Shown here piece by piece: positions 42,152-53,107 of a stretch of DNA of 64,000 bases (its first letter is position 1; each line of letters starts with the position of its first letter). The notes beneath the pieces are model-generated. The model was given only the letters and a program-made list of their open reading frames with translations. It ran no database searches and was not told where the DNA came from. Source of the DNA: a phage. A program made the position numbers and the translations under genes. The stretch lies in sequence record PZ402300.1. One strand, 5' to 3'.

Positions 42152-44727
42152 GCGAATGCCTTTTGAATTATTTGACGAACTTCTTCTGGGGTAGCGTGAT
42201 TTGGAATTTCAATCTCGTTAGCCCACGTTGGGTAAAACAAGGATAGTTCCCCACCCAAACCAACTTCTGGATGAGCAATATCAGGATGGTCTTGCCAGTT
42301 AACGGCTTCAACCAAATGTTTGTTCGTGAACTGCAAGGTATCCATGTTGTCACGAATCATGAAGTACTGAGCATCGTGAATGTGAATACTAGGACGAATA
42401 TCTAACCTGAACTCACTGGCTCTGACTTTACGCATAAACTCTGAACCAGCACGGTTATTCAGTAGACACCAGCTTTGCCCTAAAGCATTACCAGCAGTTC
42501 TGCCTTCTGCTTCTGCTTCATACGGAGTCTTACATGTCCCACGTAATACCTGAGCCAGTAAAGGAGTACGCACTCTCAAACCGAATGCGGCAGTAACATA
42601 ACCAGTTTTGGCAGCTTCGTCTAGTTTAGCCTGAACCCACATGTCACTAACTACATAGAGGTCGTGATAACGTTTCTCTGTAGTCTTAGCCTTCTCTTCA
42701 GAGAAGCCACAGTTTTTCATTAAGCCCATATATGTACCACCATAAGTAAGCAAGAAGGTTGGAGCCTTCGAGTCACTACGTAATGATTTGTACTTATGCT
42801 GAATGGAGTTAATGGATTCTACTGTGTCTTCTATGTCTGGCATCTGCTCACCAAAGTAAGCATATGCACGGAGACTGTGTCCATCATAGCCATCGGTATA
42901 TACCTTAAGCTTCTGTGGGTCTTTAGTAGTTAAAGCTGAGATACGGTCTTCAAGGCTCGCAAAGTCCAGTCCACAAAAGATCCAACCTGGTGGTGCTTCG
43001 AAGCATTTCTTAATCTTCTTGGCGTATTTGGAACCAGACGGAATGGTTTGCAGATTTGGTTCAGAGGCGGATAATCTACCAGAAACCGTTCCCCCCAGAT
43101 TGAGGTTGCCGAATAGGTAGTGCCATCCATCCGGCCCAGGTTGGGCATTCCTGAAAGCTGGTATAAAGCTAGTGATAATCTTATCCACGAGCTTATAGTC
43201 GATAAGTGCATTGAGCAGTTCCTTAACATCTTCACTCTGCGTATGTGTTCGCAGTGCTTTAATAGTGTCACCGTCAGTAGCAGGTTGCTTGCTCTTAGTA
43301 AGACCAAGAACTGGTAAGCCAATATAATCAAATAACAGCTTCTGTAGTTGTGGACCGGAGTTAGGATTAAACTCGATATCACAATCAGCGAGTGTTACTT
43401 GTTTCTTTTTGAGCTTAGCATTCTTATCGTCTACCCATTCCTGACGAAGCATCAGGGTGAAGTTCTTCATGAGCTTAGACTCACGAATAGTTTTCAGAGC
43501 CTGGTTCCTGTCAGTTTCCATCTCCTTAGCTACCTGGTTAACGGTATCCATATTCATAGGCATACCGGTTAACTGCATCTGGATAATATCTTCACAGGCT
43601 GGCTTAAAGATGTTGTTGTAAACATCCAGTTGGTCATCAGCAATGAGAGTATCCCAGTGCTTCTCGTAGGTGTACCAGGTACACAGACCATCAATGAGGT
43701 TGTAGCGTAACAGTTGCTCATTAGGAATAAGACGAATGTCTTTAATATCATCCTGAGCATAGTTACCAGCATACTCCTGAGCCTGGTCTTTCAGACTAAG
43801 GTGATTACCAGCACAACTGTTAGTAGCCAGGTAGGTGATTAGCTTAGTACAGTCCCAATTACGTAGCATGATTTCCATGCCATGTAGTAAGCCTTCTGTA
43901 TCAATCAGGTTATCCATGAATAATTGATAGATAAGTACATACACGTCATAGCTAATGTTGTGATACATCTGCCGTTGGGTGTACTTAATGAAGAACTCAC
44001 GTAGAAGATTTCGAACAATATCATTTCTGTTGATACGCCCATATGGTGCTTCAGTAGCCCCAGGAATCGGCTCGTAGTCCACATTAAAGGCTATGCCTTG
44101 TGTCTTACTCCAACAGAATGTAATTGTCCCTATACCGGCGTTATAGTGCTTTAAACCGAATGCTTCAATGTCTATAGCCAATGGCTTATTCATCTCAAGC
44201 AACTGGTCTAGCCAGGCTTTAATCTTCTCTGGAGTATCCGGATAGGCTTCAAACTCAATGATTCCTTGACCTGGTTCTGCATACTGTCCACGAATGTGGT
44301 TAAGTAATGCATCCATACCCTGAGCAATCTTGGATTTTACTACAGGTGGGTCATAAAAGACCTGCCTGTAGCTAGGTGCATAGATAACCTTCTGCTTACC
44401 CCATACTGAGTCACAAACATAGCCGAGGTTAGCCTCTGCTTTAGCTTCTTTAGTCAGTATTTTGAAGTAATCAGAATCGGTACAGATAATGTACTGAGTC
44501 TCTGCATCATCCAGTACTTGTTGCAACTCCTGCTGTATGAACTCCTTAATTTCCCTTGCAGGAGTCTTCTTCTTGCCGGGGGCAGAATGAAGTTCAATGA
44601 AGATGAAATCTTCCATGCTTAGGTCATTAGGCAGCAGGTAGGTTTTAATCATCTCCTCCCTTCGGATTTGATGACCGAGGATAGCAATAGGATACTTACC
44701 CGTATCTTGAGAGGTGATGTAACGCAT
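42148..44727 (-). CDS. DNA polymerase, family A, with 3'-5' exonuclease domain
   Basis: Exo motif IDIEAFG; Pol A motif A DFASLEDRISA, motif B KAPTFLLTYG, motif C IHIHDAQ. Confidence 0.9.
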   Translation of the reverse strand: MRYITSQDTGKYPIAILGHQIRREEMIKTYLLPNDLSMEDFIFIELHSAPGKKKTPAREIKEFIQQELQQVLDDAETQYIICTDSDYFKILTKEAKAEANLGYVCDSVWGKQKVIYAPSYRQVFYDPPVVKSKIAQGMDALLNHIRGQYAEPGQGIIEFEAYPDTPEKIKAWLDQLLEMNKPLAIDIEAFGLKHYNAGIGTITFCWSKTQGIAFNVDYEPIPGATEAPYGRINRNDIVRNLLREFFIKYTQRQMYHNISYDVYVLIYQLFMDNLIDTEGLLHGMEIMLRNWDCTKLITYLATNSCAGNHLSLKDQAQEYAGNYAQDDIKDIRLIPNEQLLRYNLIDGLCTWYTYEKHWDTLIADDQLDVYNNIFKPACEDIIQMQLTGMPMNMDTVNQVAKEMETDRNQALKTIRESKLMKNFTLMLRQEWVDDKNAKLKKKQVTLADCDIEFNPNSGPQLQKLLFDYIGLPVLGLTKSKQPATDGDTIKALRTHTQSEDVKELLNALIDYKLVDKIITSFIPAFRNAQPGPDGWHYLFGNLNLGGTVSGRLSASEPNLQTIPSGSKYAKKIKKCFEAPPGWIFCGLDFASLEDRISALTTKDPQKLKVYTDGYDGHSLRAYAYFGEQMPDIEDTVESINSIQHKYKSLRSDSKAPTFLLTYGGTYMGLMKNCGFSEEKAKTTEKRYHDLYVVSDMWVQAKLDEAAKTGYVTAAFGLRVRTPLLAQVLRGTCKTPYEAEAEGRTAGNALGQSWCLLNNRAGSEFMRKVRASEFRLDIRPSIHIHDAQYFMIRDNMDTLQFTNKHLVEAVNWQDHPDIAHPEVGLGGELSLFYPTWANEIEIPNHATPEEVRQIIQKAFA

Positions 44728-44736
44728 AGCTTTACC

Positions 44737-45267
44737 TTAAAAAATCAGATGGGAAGCTGCATAGTACTCAATAGAGGGAAGAATCTTCTCATACTGTTTT
44801 ATTGCCATGGGATCCCCAGTAAGAGTCCAGGCTGCTTCACGAGTACGTGGCAGTTCCTTGTACTTACCAGTCTGGTCCTGAGCTATCAGGCATTCAGGCA
44901 AAGCATCACGTACATCCTGATAGGACATACAACCACGAACCAGGCGATAAACAGTCTGGTTCACAAGGTGTACTTCCATAATCAGACGACTGGAGGCTTT
45001 CAGATACTTGTCCATTGCAGGCCATAGTTCTGGATTAAGTGTTAATCGTTCACCGTAGGTTGGAGGTCTGGAAGCATTAGAACGCTGATAGAACTCCCCT
45101 TGATAAAGGAATCCAGCCGATACATCAATACCATTGATACGGTCGTTCTTATCAATGATACCGTTTAACACACTATCAAGACGAACCAGTTCCGCTAAGA
45201 ACAGGTGTTTGACTATCTCACTGCTATTGGCAACTTGACCAATAGTCGCTGAACCAATCTGAGGCAT
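44737..45267 (-). CDS. hypothetical protein
   Basis: 176-aa ORF. Confidence 0.4.
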   Translation of the reverse strand: MPQIGSATIGQVANSSEIVKHLFLAELVRLDSVLNGIIDKNDRINGIDVSAGFLYQGEFYQRSNASRPPTYGERLTLNPELWPAMDKYLKASSRLIMEVHLVNQTVYRLVRGCMSYQDVRDALPECLIAQDQTGKYKELPRTREAAWTLTGDPMAIKQYEKILPSIEYYAASHLIF

Positions 45268-45277
45268 ATATCCTCCC

Positions 45278-46588
45278 TTAGAAAGTTAGACCACCATACT
45301 TACTGGCAAGATTTCCATAGAACACTACTCGCTTACGGGCACGAGACACAGCGACGTAAAGCAGACGGGCAACCATATCGGGTTGGCGACAGCTTGAGAG
45401 GTCATTTGCATCAATGAAGATTGTGTCGTAAGTAGAGCCTTGTGATTTATGGACAGTACATGCATGAGTAGCACGTAGGTCTGGAATGGTTTCTTTAAGA
45501 CGAAAGTAAGGTTCCCAGTTCTTCTCTTTACCAAGCCACTTAACTAAACGGTTGAAGTATTCCGGGTCGGTAGGTACTGGAACTTCACTTACAATACCAC
45601 CATAACCAAGGTCCAGAGTACTGTCACGAACTTCTAGTTCCAGGTCACCCGTAACAGGAATCATGCGAGTACTACTATCCTGGTCGATAAGTTTTACGTC
45701 CTGCTCGATAGACAGACGATCATCCACACCTAAGTGAACAGCTGAGTTAGATACTAGTTGTTCACCGATGGAGTATTCACCCACGTAGCCATTGGCTTCA
45801 CGAATGTAGTTATTGTAATTAATAACCTGGTCATTTGTGTAAGCAACAATACGGCTATTGGTAGGTTGAGTGAAGTGACTGAGAACCAGTTTCTCCATCT
45901 CTTCCCCTTGTACCCAGTCAATGATGCCTGGAATACATTTAATAGGCAGGAAGCCTGTCTTACCTTCTACCGTATCACGCAATTGCTGGTGCAATGTTTT
46001 GAGTTCCGGTGCATCGGTACGCATCTGTTCAGTCAGATAGTGTGTTGGGATATTGCCTGCATATACTGGAGACTTATTCTCTTTAACAGGCAGAAGCTGA
46101 GAGGCATCGCCTACGAATACCAGTTTACACTGGTGAGTACCTTCACGAGCATACTTAAGTAACTGACGGTCAATCATGGATGCTTCGTCTACGAAGATGA
46201 TTTTGTTCTTCTTAATATTGAATGATTTAGACGGTACGACATTAGCCTCACCTGTCTTAAAGTCATTCTTAACAATCAGTCCCTGGAAGGAATGATAGGT
46301 AGATGTTGGACGCCCAGTAGCCTGAGCCAGAACTTCAGCAGCTTTGTTCGTGGTCGCAGTCATAACAACTTCGTTATACAGTGGCTTGGTTCCCATCAGA
46401 GAACAAGTTTCCATATATGCAGGCATAGTGTCATCAATGAGGTGCGACATCAGGAATGTCTTGCCAGTACCACCTGGGCCTGAAATTCCAAATTCGGTAG
46501 CATTAGGGTCGAGCAGGAAATCGAAGAACTCCTTCGCAACCGCTTCTTGCCCCTTGTTCAGCGGGGCTTTGGTAGGTTTGGAAAACAT
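45278..46588 (-). CDS. SF1 DNA helicase (Dda-like)
   Basis: Walker A GPGGTGKT; Walker B-like IIFVDEASM; C-terminal VHKSQGST. Confidence 0.8.
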   Translation of the reverse strand: MFSKPTKAPLNKGQEAVAKEFFDFLLDPNATEFGISGPGGTGKTFLMSHLIDDTMPAYMETCSLMGTKPLYNEVVMTATTNKAAEVLAQATGRPTSTYHSFQGLIVKNDFKTGEANVVPSKSFNIKKNKIIFVDEASMIDRQLLKYAREGTHQCKLVFVGDASQLLPVKENKSPVYAGNIPTHYLTEQMRTDAPELKTLHQQLRDTVEGKTGFLPIKCIPGIIDWVQGEEMEKLVLSHFTQPTNSRIVAYTNDQVINYNNYIREANGYVGEYSIGEQLVSNSAVHLGVDDRLSIEQDVKLIDQDSSTRMIPVTGDLELEVRDSTLDLGYGGIVSEVPVPTDPEYFNRLVKWLGKEKNWEPYFRLKETIPDLRATHACTVHKSQGSTYDTIFIDANDLSSCRQPDMVARLLYVAVSRARKRVVFYGNLASKYGGLTF

Positions 46589-46599
46589 TAAAATCTCCA

Positions 46600-46623
46600 G
46601 TAAAAAACCCTCCGTAGAGGGTT
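46600..46623 (-). terminator. rho-independent terminator
   Basis: aaccctc-cgta-gagggtt hairpin followed by poly-U on minus strand. Confidence 0.65.
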
Positions 46624-47080
46624 AGATGTAAGGGGTTAAATCCGGGGGAGTGTAGTCTTTCCCTTTCATAACTTTCTTATTCTCGTTGAAGACGGGTTCT
46701 CCATCTTCAAACTTAGAATAGTTTGAGCGATTGACTTCAGCCAATGCTCCAGGGACATTCATCCCAAGGAAAGTACCGACGCCAGTTGCTGTAACAATCT
46801 GGTCTGCCAGTGAGTCCAGTAGTTCTACTGAATCTTTGATAACAATATTGTTATCCTTTTTAAGCAGATTACCTACATGGTCAATTGCTGCCCGTAATGC
46901 ATCAATTTGTGAGGCACGTTCCAGGTTATTACTGGTAATAGCATTAAGCATTTCTGCTACTTCTTCCAGATGACAGCCAATCTGGGTACTAATATTTTTA
47001 CTTGTCGGATTTGGTACTGCTTTCCGGAACCAGGCTTCCGTATTTGCCAGCGTACAAACGGATGAACTTGTCATGCTCAC
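46622..47080 (-). CDS. hypothetical protein (possibly MazG-like nucleotide pyrophosphohydrolase)
   Basis: 152 aa; weak resemblance only; overlaps upstream ORF by 83 nt so start uncertain. Confidence 0.3.
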   Translation of the reverse strand: MSMTSSSVCTLANTEAWFRKAVPNPTSKNISTQIGCHLEEVAEMLNAITSNNLERASQIDALRAAIDHVGNLLKKDNNIVIKDSVELLDSLADQIVTATGVGTFLGMNVPGALAEVNRSNYSKFEDGEPVFNENKKVMKGKDYTPPDLTPYI

Positions 47081-47393
47081 TCTCTTGGTTAAGGTGGCGA
47101 TTGTTATATGCCTCCAGAATCAAGTCTCTTACATATGAGCGAATCTCATAAGCAGGACCAACTTGTTTTGATAGCCAATCAGCCACATGGGTTGGTAAAG
47201 GACGTAATACGTTTTCCATGAACGTCCGACGTGTATCGGCTGGTTCAATGTTTAGAGAACGCAATCGCAAAGTAACCGTAGTGGGGTGAACCCCCAACGT
47301 CTTAGCGATAGTTGCGAGGGACAAACCAACAGCATTCATACGAATGATGTCTTCATCAGTTGCTTTGCGATTACTTCTGAATACTTTAGACAT
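46998..47393 (-). CDS. putative DNA-binding protein (HTH)
   Basis: GLSLATIAKTLGVHPTTV helix-turn-helix-like segment. Confidence 0.4.
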   Translation of the reverse strand: MSKVFRSNRKATDEDIIRMNAVGLSLATIAKTLGVHPTTVTLRLRSLNIEPADTRRTFMENVLRPLPTHVADWLSKQVGPAYEIRSYVRDLILEAYNNRHLNQESEHDKFIRLYAGKYGSLVPESSTKSDK

Positions 47394-47455
47394 AGCTTAT
47401 TTCCTCTTCAAAGATAGCCTCACTTTATTATAAGTGAGGCTATTTGAACAGGCTA

Positions 47456-49504
47456 TTACTTAGCAGCTTTGACCAGCTTGGTAGCTAACTTAGCTTCTTC
47501 TTCAGTCAGACCCATTGCAGTGAATGACTTCTTAGCATGACGTTTGTAGTCTTGCAGGGCATGGCCTTTCTGATAGTCAGAGTACGTCATATCGTTCAGG
47601 ATGCTACGTAGATTATCAGCATGTTTACCAGACGGAGCTACTTTAGTGGCAGAAGCAGAGCGAGTAGGTTTAACTGTCTTATCCTGCTTAACAGCTTTAG
47701 GTGCAGGAATGCGAGTACTACGGATAGTAGCAATTGCATCCACCACATCGGAACTAACTCCTAAAGCAGCCCATGGCTTACGAGCCTTGCCTCGCATTTC
47801 CACAAGCAAATCAGCAGCAGCTAATTTATCTTCTGGTGTTGTTGCATTAAGGAACTCTTTAACCAGTTCCTGGATTTGTTCTTTCACAGTAGGAGCCTTC
47901 TTAATAACAGGTTTAAGGTCAGTAGCCTTCACTGGTTCAGCAGCTACAGCTTCATTTAGTGACTCTTCCATGTTCAGTGCTTCTTTACTAGCGACTGTAC
48001 GGAATTGTTCTACAGAACCAGATGTGAGATTAGTGTATTTGAGGTTAGTACCATAATGACCACCAACCATAATAAGTGTGGTAGGTGAGCTATGGTTCCC
48101 AACGATGGCATCATTAAGCAGTTTCTTACCTACTTCTGTCTTAGACAGGTAGATACCATTGTTAACGTTATTACGTTCCTCTTCCGGTAGTTCAGCAATA
48201 ATATGATATGCAGATACACGCATCTTATTGGTGCTGTACTGAGGAACAGCAAATACATCTTCCGGTGCTACTTTACCAAGGATGGTCACATTACCACCGA
48301 AGCCACGTAGATAGCTCATGGATGCTACGTGCAGACCGTTAGAACAATCCTGACGACGGTCAGGGTCTACCAGGTCTTCACGTACCTGCACTTTACAGCC
48401 TACCCATTGACGAATGTTACCCGAGTGACAGTCAACGAATACACGCTTACCGCCATTTACCTCTTTATACTTCAGACGTTTCAGGAATAGGATAGAACCA
48501 TCATCAGCAATAGGCAGTTCAGCAGTTTCCATGAATTTCATCAAGTCTTCCACTGAGTGCAGACGGTCTTTAATAACCGGAGCCAGACGCTCAAGGAACT
48601 TAGTAAAGCCCTTGTAGTCTTTCAGCTTGGCTGACTGACGTAAGTGACGATGCAGGTTCTCAACTCCGGGGATAACCCCATTGTTGGTAACAGCAACAAC
48701 TACTTCATCTTCCTTCACATCAGTGTGGAAGTTAGCATCATCAGTACTGATAGCACCCAATGCAGCTAGCTTCTCAGAAGCAGCAGCCAGCTTATCCTGG
48801 TTCGTAGTTTTAACTACTTCAATGTAAGGCAGTGGTGTTTGCTCACGACTGGTAAATACAATGTGTACTCCTTTGATGTGCTTAGCTTGTTTAACAAACT
48901 CACCCATTTCATCATCGGATACTGCACGGATTCCAATAGGCCATTCCCGTGCAAGGATGCGATTAGTATGGTCATAGCCCCAACCCAGTACGTCGTTAAT
49001 AAAACGAACCAGTGCAAGATGGTTATGGTCCTTATCCCAGCCAGTAACCCACATCAGATTGTCACGCCTGTCGTAGCAACCATTTGATATTGTTACTTCT
49101 GGTTCATTAGCCTGTACAGCCAGGAAGGTATCCATGGCTTTAGATACTAATGTCTTAGTAGGATTACCTAACTTAATATCTGAGACGATACGTGCAGGCG
49201 GAACACCTGTACCATCCTGGAAGAACTCTTTAAGTTTAGCTTTAGCTACCTTGAAGAAACGGACGAATCCGTTAGTGTTCTTCTCTGCTTCCAGATATTC
49301 AGTACGCAGGTTTATTTCCGGTGCAATGTTTACTTCTATTTGGTCTTTGGTAGTTCCCAGACCCTTGGTTTGTGCTTCAGATACGATGCGAGCAACCCGT
49401 GGGTCGCTCTGAGGATACACAACCGTGGAGCCATCAGGCTTCCACAGTGTAAGGTTACGACTGTCAACTGCCAGTGCAATGATAGAAATCAGTTCGATTT
49501 TCAT
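47456..49504 (-). CDS. hypothetical protein, possibly rIIB-like
   Basis: 682-aa ORF immediately downstream of rIIA-like gene; assignment by synteny only. Confidence 0.3.
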   Translation of the reverse strand: MKIELISIIALAVDSRNLTLWKPDGSTVVYPQSDPRVARIVSEAQTKGLGTTKDQIEVNIAPEINLRTEYLEAEKNTNGFVRFFKVAKAKLKEFFQDGTGVPPARIVSDIKLGNPTKTLVSKAMDTFLAVQANEPEVTISNGCYDRRDNLMWVTGWDKDHNHLALVRFINDVLGWGYDHTNRILAREWPIGIRAVSDDEMGEFVKQAKHIKGVHIVFTSREQTPLPYIEVVKTTNQDKLAAASEKLAALGAISTDDANFHTDVKEDEVVVAVTNNGVIPGVENLHRHLRQSAKLKDYKGFTKFLERLAPVIKDRLHSVEDLMKFMETAELPIADDGSILFLKRLKYKEVNGGKRVFVDCHSGNIRQWVGCKVQVREDLVDPDRRQDCSNGLHVASMSYLRGFGGNVTILGKVAPEDVFAVPQYSTNKMRVSAYHIIAELPEEERNNVNNGIYLSKTEVGKKLLNDAIVGNHSSPTTLIMVGGHYGTNLKYTNLTSGSVEQFRTVASKEALNMEESLNEAVAAEPVKATDLKPVIKKAPTVKEQIQELVKEFLNATTPEDKLAAADLLVEMRGKARKPWAALGVSSDVVDAIATIRSTRIPAPKAVKQDKTVKPTRSASATKVAPSGKHADNLRSILNDMTYSDYQKGHALQDYKRHAKKSFTAMGLTEEEAKLATKLVKAAK

Positions 49505-49508
49505 CAGA

Positions 49509-52076
49509 TTAGTTACCTTTCAGTTTATTTAGACGATTACGGTAGAGGGACTTAAACCCAGGAATATCCTCTGGATTCTTCTTGAGGTGTTTGACCAGAC
49601 TACCTAAGTCCAGCGTCTGTAGGATGTCATTTTTATTCCAGCTATAGCTGAATAATCCTTTGTAATCATTAAGTATTTGGAAATACTTATGATTGCGTGG
49701 ATTAACCATCATTGTATATGGCTCTAAGTCATCTACTGATTTAATACAACCCATTTCAACAAGTTTTTCTTTGTTGTCATGTGGGCGATTACGTAGAAAG
49801 TCGTATGCCCATTCATACTCTGGTTTAAAAATCAGATTCTGTAATGGTTTGAATGTTAGACCCAGTATGTCTAGAATTTCCCAGTATTCCCTGTCATCTA
49901 GTCCTACATATTCCAGAATACCAATACGGTGTTCAGTAACATATTTCTTAAATCCCTTACTGGAAATAACAGACATCAATTCGTTAAGACGAACGTCATC
50001 AATATGAATAGCACCTCGCCGTTTGGCCTTGTTAGCTTCGATTTGATTTCGGCAGACAACTGTCTCTGCTTTCATCTCATCGGATAACTCATACCATTTC
50101 CACATGGTTCCAATTCGAGCAGTCATTGGACTACCGGAACCAACCTGATTGGCTAGTACGTAGTACTTAGGCTGTTCTACCTCAACGAAACCATATTTCT
50201 CATGACGACTTGGGTCAGCAAATTCTTTCTGAATATACGGCTTGGGTTCCCAATCTCCATTTTTATTCCGCACCTGAGTAGCACCAAGAACTGCATTCAA
50301 TGAAATCAGAGCATTGGTTTTACCTCCTGCTTTGATTTTATTTACAGCTATTGTCTTAGCACGTTTCTCAGCAGCTATCCTAGCTTGCTCTCTGCGGAAG
50401 TTAGTTGGTTTGTCCCACTCATTATATTGAGTAAGGTCAATTACCCGATAACCCATAGCAGTGAACTTAGCTACAGCTTCTTCTGCTGCACCCTTCTTAG
50501 GACCAACGACGTGAACAAAAGCTGTACGCTCCAGGTCACCTCGGTTGTATTCCGGGAAGTATGAGAAAGAGTCTGCACAATCAGATAAACGTCGGGTAAC
50601 TACAACGTTCTTGGTAGTGAATATGCCAATACTCTGATGAGAGTTATGGAATATCCTAAAGTAGTCAGCGAGTTTACCCTTCTCCAAGTCAACACTGTTA
50701 CCCTGGTTCACTATGTAACCAGACCACTTAATACCAGTAGCTTTTAAAGCAGCAAGCTGGGGTAAGTGCAGATGACGATATATTAATTCATGGAATGGCG
50801 AGTATGTACTTTCTTCACGAGTATCCTTAAGTGCACGCATAGCTTTACCATAAAGCTTCTTAAGACCTGCATATTCAGGACGAGCTAATAATGCTTTATT
50901 AGATAAGTTACGCCAGTGCTTGATATGATGTTTACGTTGCTTAGCCCACAAGCTAGAGGACATATAGCGTTGAACAGTTCTGTCTGTAACAGCAAGTAGG
51001 AAAGACGGATATTCCCAAAAGCGGGTAGAGGATTCAGAAGCGTATTCTTCAACCTGTTTAATAGCTTCAGGAATCTTAGCTTTAATCTCTTTCTCCATAC
51101 GGTCTACTAAATCTACACACAGAGTAGTAATACCATCGTCAGTTAACTTCTGGTTAGACAGTGTTTCTCGGCTGGGAGCAATAGCTAGAGTATCTGGTGC
51201 AGCCTGAACTACTAAATTGTCAGCACCAATAATATTCATGAAGTTGAGGATAAGACCCACAGCCTCTTCACTAGCTGGGCTGGATACAATTGGGTACATT
51301 ACGTTACCGTAACGAACGAATATGTTACTGTTACCCATATATCTTTTATACCAGCTATCAGACATATCGTATGAACCAGGTTCAAATGACATGCCTAATG
51401 TATTCAGTAGAGTGTAGTCACCTTGTTGAATACTATTGCCTGCTTCTGTTTTAACAAGTTTAGGGATACTAAGCTCAGCTTTAATCTCACCGTTAAATAC
51501 AATTGATGTGATGTAATGCACGAAAGTATTTACATCATGCTTACCTAACTGGAATTTAACTTCCAGACCAGATTCCTCAGTAGGAATATTAGTAACAATA
51601 GGAACAATGCCAGGCTTACCATCATTCTCAATTGCAGCCTTAGCTACATTATATACCGACATTTTCCCTTGGTTCCATGAAGTAACCTGGAAGCTATCTG
51701 TATAAGCGAATGGGGATTTACATCCCAGACCAAAGCCACCAGTAACACTACTGTTAGACTTCTTAGTAGATGCACCATAGACACCATAAATGGAACCAAT
51801 GAGTTCATCGGGAATGCCATTACCGTAATCACGGAAGGTAATAAAGTTGTCTGTATCAATGGTGATACGAATAGGAGTATCAGTCTTGCCTGCTTCAATA
51901 TGAGCATCCCAACTGTTACAGATAGTTTCACGAACTACTGCCAGCGTAGGATTGTTATACAAGGAAGTACTTAATACGTGAAAGAATGTCGGATCATCAG
52001 AGATGCCAAAGGCAATCGTTTCTTTGCCACCCAGTGTCGCTGAGGTAGCTACTTCATTGGTGTCTGCAACTAACAT
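49509..52076 (-). CDS. rIIA: rIIA-like protein with N-terminal GHKL-type ATPase domain
   Basis: N-box-like ETICNSWDAH, G-boxes DYGNGIP and GGFGLGCKSPF in the N-terminal 130 aa. Confidence 0.55.
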   Translation of the reverse strand: MLVADTNEVATSATLGGKETIAFGISDDPTFFHVLSTSLYNNPTLAVVRETICNSWDAHIEAGKTDTPIRITIDTDNFITFRDYGNGIPDELIGSIYGVYGASTKKSNSSVTGGFGLGCKSPFAYTDSFQVTSWNQGKMSVYNVAKAAIENDGKPGIVPIVTNIPTEESGLEVKFQLGKHDVNTFVHYITSIVFNGEIKAELSIPKLVKTEAGNSIQQGDYTLLNTLGMSFEPGSYDMSDSWYKRYMGNSNIFVRYGNVMYPIVSSPASEEAVGLILNFMNIIGADNLVVQAAPDTLAIAPSRETLSNQKLTDDGITTLCVDLVDRMEKEIKAKIPEAIKQVEEYASESSTRFWEYPSFLLAVTDRTVQRYMSSSLWAKQRKHHIKHWRNLSNKALLARPEYAGLKKLYGKAMRALKDTREESTYSPFHELIYRHLHLPQLAALKATGIKWSGYIVNQGNSVDLEKGKLADYFRIFHNSHQSIGIFTTKNVVVTRRLSDCADSFSYFPEYNRGDLERTAFVHVVGPKKGAAEEAVAKFTAMGYRVIDLTQYNEWDKPTNFRREQARIAAEKRAKTIAVNKIKAGGKTNALISLNAVLGATQVRNKNGDWEPKPYIQKEFADPSRHEKYGFVEVEQPKYYVLANQVGSGSPMTARIGTMWKWYELSDEMKAETVVCRNQIEANKAKRRGAIHIDDVRLNELMSVISSKGFKKYVTEHRIGILEYVGLDDREYWEILDILGLTFKPLQNLIFKPEYEWAYDFLRNRPHDNKEKLVEMGCIKSVDDLEPYTMMVNPRNHKYFQILNDYKGLFSYSWNKNDILQTLDLGSLVKHLKKNPEDIPGFKSLYRNRLNKLKGN

Positions 52077-52103
52077 TTATTTACTCTCCAGATTAAATGT
52101 TGC

Positions 52104-52295
52104 TTACATTAGAACTTGTTTACACTTATTAAAAATAGCTTTACGAAGTTCAGCTTCTTCCTGTGGTTCATCATTAGGGTGGTAACCCAGTGGACTGTTT
52201 TGAAAAGCATTCATTAGGAATAAGACCTGATACTCAGTTAAGCCATTAATCTGAATGCTATACGTTTTCTCTGAGGCGATATTTACATTAGCCAT
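52104..52295 (-). CDS. hypothetical small protein
   Basis: Start chosen at internal ATG with AGGT RBS. Confidence 0.3.
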   Translation of the reverse strand: MANVNIASEKTYSIQINGLTEYQVLFLMNAFQNSPLGYHPNDEPQEEAELRKAIFNKCKQVLM

Positions 52296-52602
52296 TTCGT
52301 TTACCTGCCATTGCTTGAAGGACAAATACCACAGCGTCTGAAATTTGGTCATCAGTTGGTTCAACTAATTGACCGTTCTCATCATACATTTCTTTCAGAA
52401 GAGCATTCAGTTCAGCCATACCAGCCAGTATCATTTCCTTGCTTGGTTCCAACCATAACTTACGTTCTTCTGCTAGTGCAGCGATGCACATACATAGAGA
52501 AACAATGTTTGCAGGGCAAGCAGCAATATCACCTGTAACTGCAATCTCACTAAGCGGGACAGCCTTACCGGTTTTACTATGAATTACTTCAGGGTTAATC
52601 AT
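52288..52602 (-). CDS. hypothetical small protein
   Basis: Start chosen at internal ATG with GGAG RBS. Confidence 0.3.
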   Translation of the reverse strand: MINPEVIHSKTGKAVPLSEIAVTGDIAACPANIVSLCMCIAALAEERKLWLEPSKEMILAGMAELNALLKEMYDENGQLVEPTDDQISDAVVFVLQAMAGKRNG

Positions 52603-52807
52603 GGATTTGCTCCAGGTTATGGGCAGGAATAGGAAAGCATGGATAGTCACCGGTAGGGTCCAGTGTTACTGACACATGCAGTGTATTGGTCATTTGGGTT
52701 AACATCTGAGCAGCATTGAAATCATCCTGTATACAGGCATATACAATGTCACCCTTCTCACCCTCACACATTACGGGTGTGTCTTTGATACGGTATTTAG
52801 CAGGCAT
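52595..52807 (-). CDS. hypothetical small protein
   Basis: 70-aa ORF. Confidence 0.3.
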   Translation of the reverse strand: MPAKYRIKDTPVMCEGEKGDIVYACIQDDFNAAQMLTQMTNTLHVSVTLDPTGDYPCFPIPAHNLEQIHD

Positions 52808-52834
52808 ATGCCCTCCTGAAAGAGTTAATTGAAA

Positions 52835-52862
52835 CCAAAAAAAGACCTCCCGGGGGAGGTCT
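52835..52862 (-). terminator. rho-independent terminator
   Basis: gacctcc-cggg-ggaggtc hairpin with poly-U on minus strand. Confidence 0.7.
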
Positions 52863-52867
52863 TAGGT

Positions 52868-53107
52868 TTACTTACGAATTTGTTCTACATAGCGTATCAT
52901 TTGTTTTCTCGCTTCTTCTTGCTCACGAATTGCTTCGTAGTCACGAGCAAAGTAATAGACACACCATAAACCAATTTCACTTACAAAGAACAGAATACTT
53001 GCTCGAATGAACTGCATATCTGTTTCTACGACAAAGGCAATTTTGTATGCGTAGGTCAGTGTTAGTAAGGCACTAATTAGCATTGTGTATAGAGCTAGTT
53101 TTTTCAT
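52868..53107 (-). CDS. small membrane protein
   Basis: Two hydrophobic segments in 79 aa. Confidence 0.4.
   Translation of the reverse strand: MKKLALYTMLISALLTLTYAYKIAFVVETDMQFIRASILFFVSEIGLWCVYYFARDYEAIREQEEARKQMIRYVEQIRK

Noticed and set aside
42148-44727. Possible intein or intron in the DNA polymerase gene, given mobile elements in the RNA polymerase gene
   Set aside because: The ORF is continuous with exonuclease and Pol A motifs in normal order and spacing; no insert-sized gap or endonuclease motif seen.
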